Below, one piece after another: positions 62,850-64,000 of a stretch of 64,000 bases of DNA (its first letter is position 1; every line of letters begins with the position of its first letter). The notes beneath the pieces were generated by a model. That model searched no databases and was not told the origin of the DNA. It saw only the letters and a program-made list of their open reading frames with translations. The position numbers and the translations under genes were made by a program. The DNA comes from Dicyema japonicum (Eukaryota; Animalia; Dicyemida), in assembly GCA_011109175.1 (NCBI GenBank), contig RDEW01000045.1:100482-164481 (forward strand), in the 5' to 3' direction.

Positions 62850-63639
62850 TTTTTACTAACATTTTCTGGTTATATTAAACATTCCGGTCATTTTTTGAAA
62901 ATTTATGGCATTTCTACTTTTTGTTAACTAACATAGGCAATAGGCTCACTTCAAATGACATTTCTCATCAAACACGACTCTACGGTAGTTATTACGCACA
63001 CGTTCACAAAACCAAAGAATGTCATTTAACTTTGTGCACAAGTCTCCAGAAGTTTTCACAGCGTGAGGAACAAACGTTCCTGGAAATATCAGAATTCTTC
63101 CACCCTTTATTGTCCCTCTCTTCCAAGTTAAGTATCATTAAACATTTTACTATTGATGTCCCACAAACTGAGATCAACTGGAGGAACCATTGGGTTTCAC
63201 GGACGGCTTCTGAGTATAACGGATTATTCTGGCAAATTTAATAGACAAGTGCTAATGGGCGGTTAATGGTTCGGGAACTAAAAAAACGGAGACCTCATTA
63301 TTAAGAATACATTACAAGAGATAACAACCCCATTTGACAATCAAATGAGATAGGAGGAAATAAATGGGTCTTTTTAATCCTTTTCGGGTTGGGTAACACC
63401 TTTTCAGATAAGCCACGTGGCATCACGTTATCCTTGCATGTTTTTCATGAACAAAGGCTGGGGTTAGGAAAAACCATTGTGTCGTTTGGTTCATTAATTA
63501 TTAGACCCTGCAAGGCATATCCTTATAAGCCATCTCCCCAAAATTATATAATTTTAAATCACGCCACATGCTAATCCAAATCTATTAATTTTATTCAGCT
63601 ACTTTTGAATTAATTAGGTTGATCATTATTTAATCATTG

Positions 63640-63765
63640 AACACAAAAGAGGATATGTTGGTAACCATCTAGATGATTCCCACATCCTTTAGGACGAAGG
63701 CAATAAGTATCCAGTGTCCCTTGAGGGTTCCAGTTGATGTGGTGACGTGTCTCACATTCTTGATA
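63640..63765 (-). mobile_element. LINE 3' fragment
   Basis: Ends VLKDVGII*, a typical LINE C-terminus; the 5' end abuts the A/T island at 63770-63870. Confidence 0.4.
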
Positions 63766-64000
63766 AATTAACATAAATTTAATTTAAAAAATAATTATTT
63801 TTATTTTAATAAAATTTAAAATTATAAATAAAAATAAATTCGTTCAAATTTGACTTGAATAAAATGGTTATTAACAAACTCCTAATTATTAGTTTCACAA
63901 TAATCGAATCCTTACAAAATCGCCACTCATTTTCATTTATAAAAACACCCGTAGTTTGGTGATATGGACAATTTCAGTAATATTTATTATGAAAAGTAGA

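Noticed and set aside
1-64000. CRISPR arrays, rRNA, telomeric arrays, prokaryotic operons
   Set aside because: None seen; the dispersed repeats are SINE or LINE tails without regular spacing.

Overview
Animal genomic DNA (BAF, a PRD homeobox gene and a Pbx-like gene are present). It is AT-rich, has tiny GT-AG introns (mostly 20-28 nt), and nearly every start codon sits right after an 80-200 bp almost pure A/T island. This fits a reduced parasite such as a dicyemid or myxozoan (inference). I reconstructed 12 host genes by hand-splicing: Pbx-like (partial), KDSR, NOM1, a PRD homeobox gene, SUV3, DP/TFDP, a cathepsin L-like gene (possibly a pseudogene), MRPS35, CCDC157, SLC37, BAF and beta-tubulin. 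The space between them holds decayed mobile elements: APE-type LINEs (RTE and I/Ingi-like), RLE-type elements (CRE-like and NeSL-like), two tRNA-headed SINE families, a Ginger2 transposon with TIRs, TSD and an intron, a Tc1/IS630-type element and a pogo remnant. There are also MFS-transporter remnants. I saw no CRISPR, rRNA or convincing tRNA gene. Several conserved genes carry single-base slips at homopolymers, so the assembly probably has indel errors. TE boundaries are approximate unless a TSD or TIR is quoted. All family calls come from motif recognition, not database searches.
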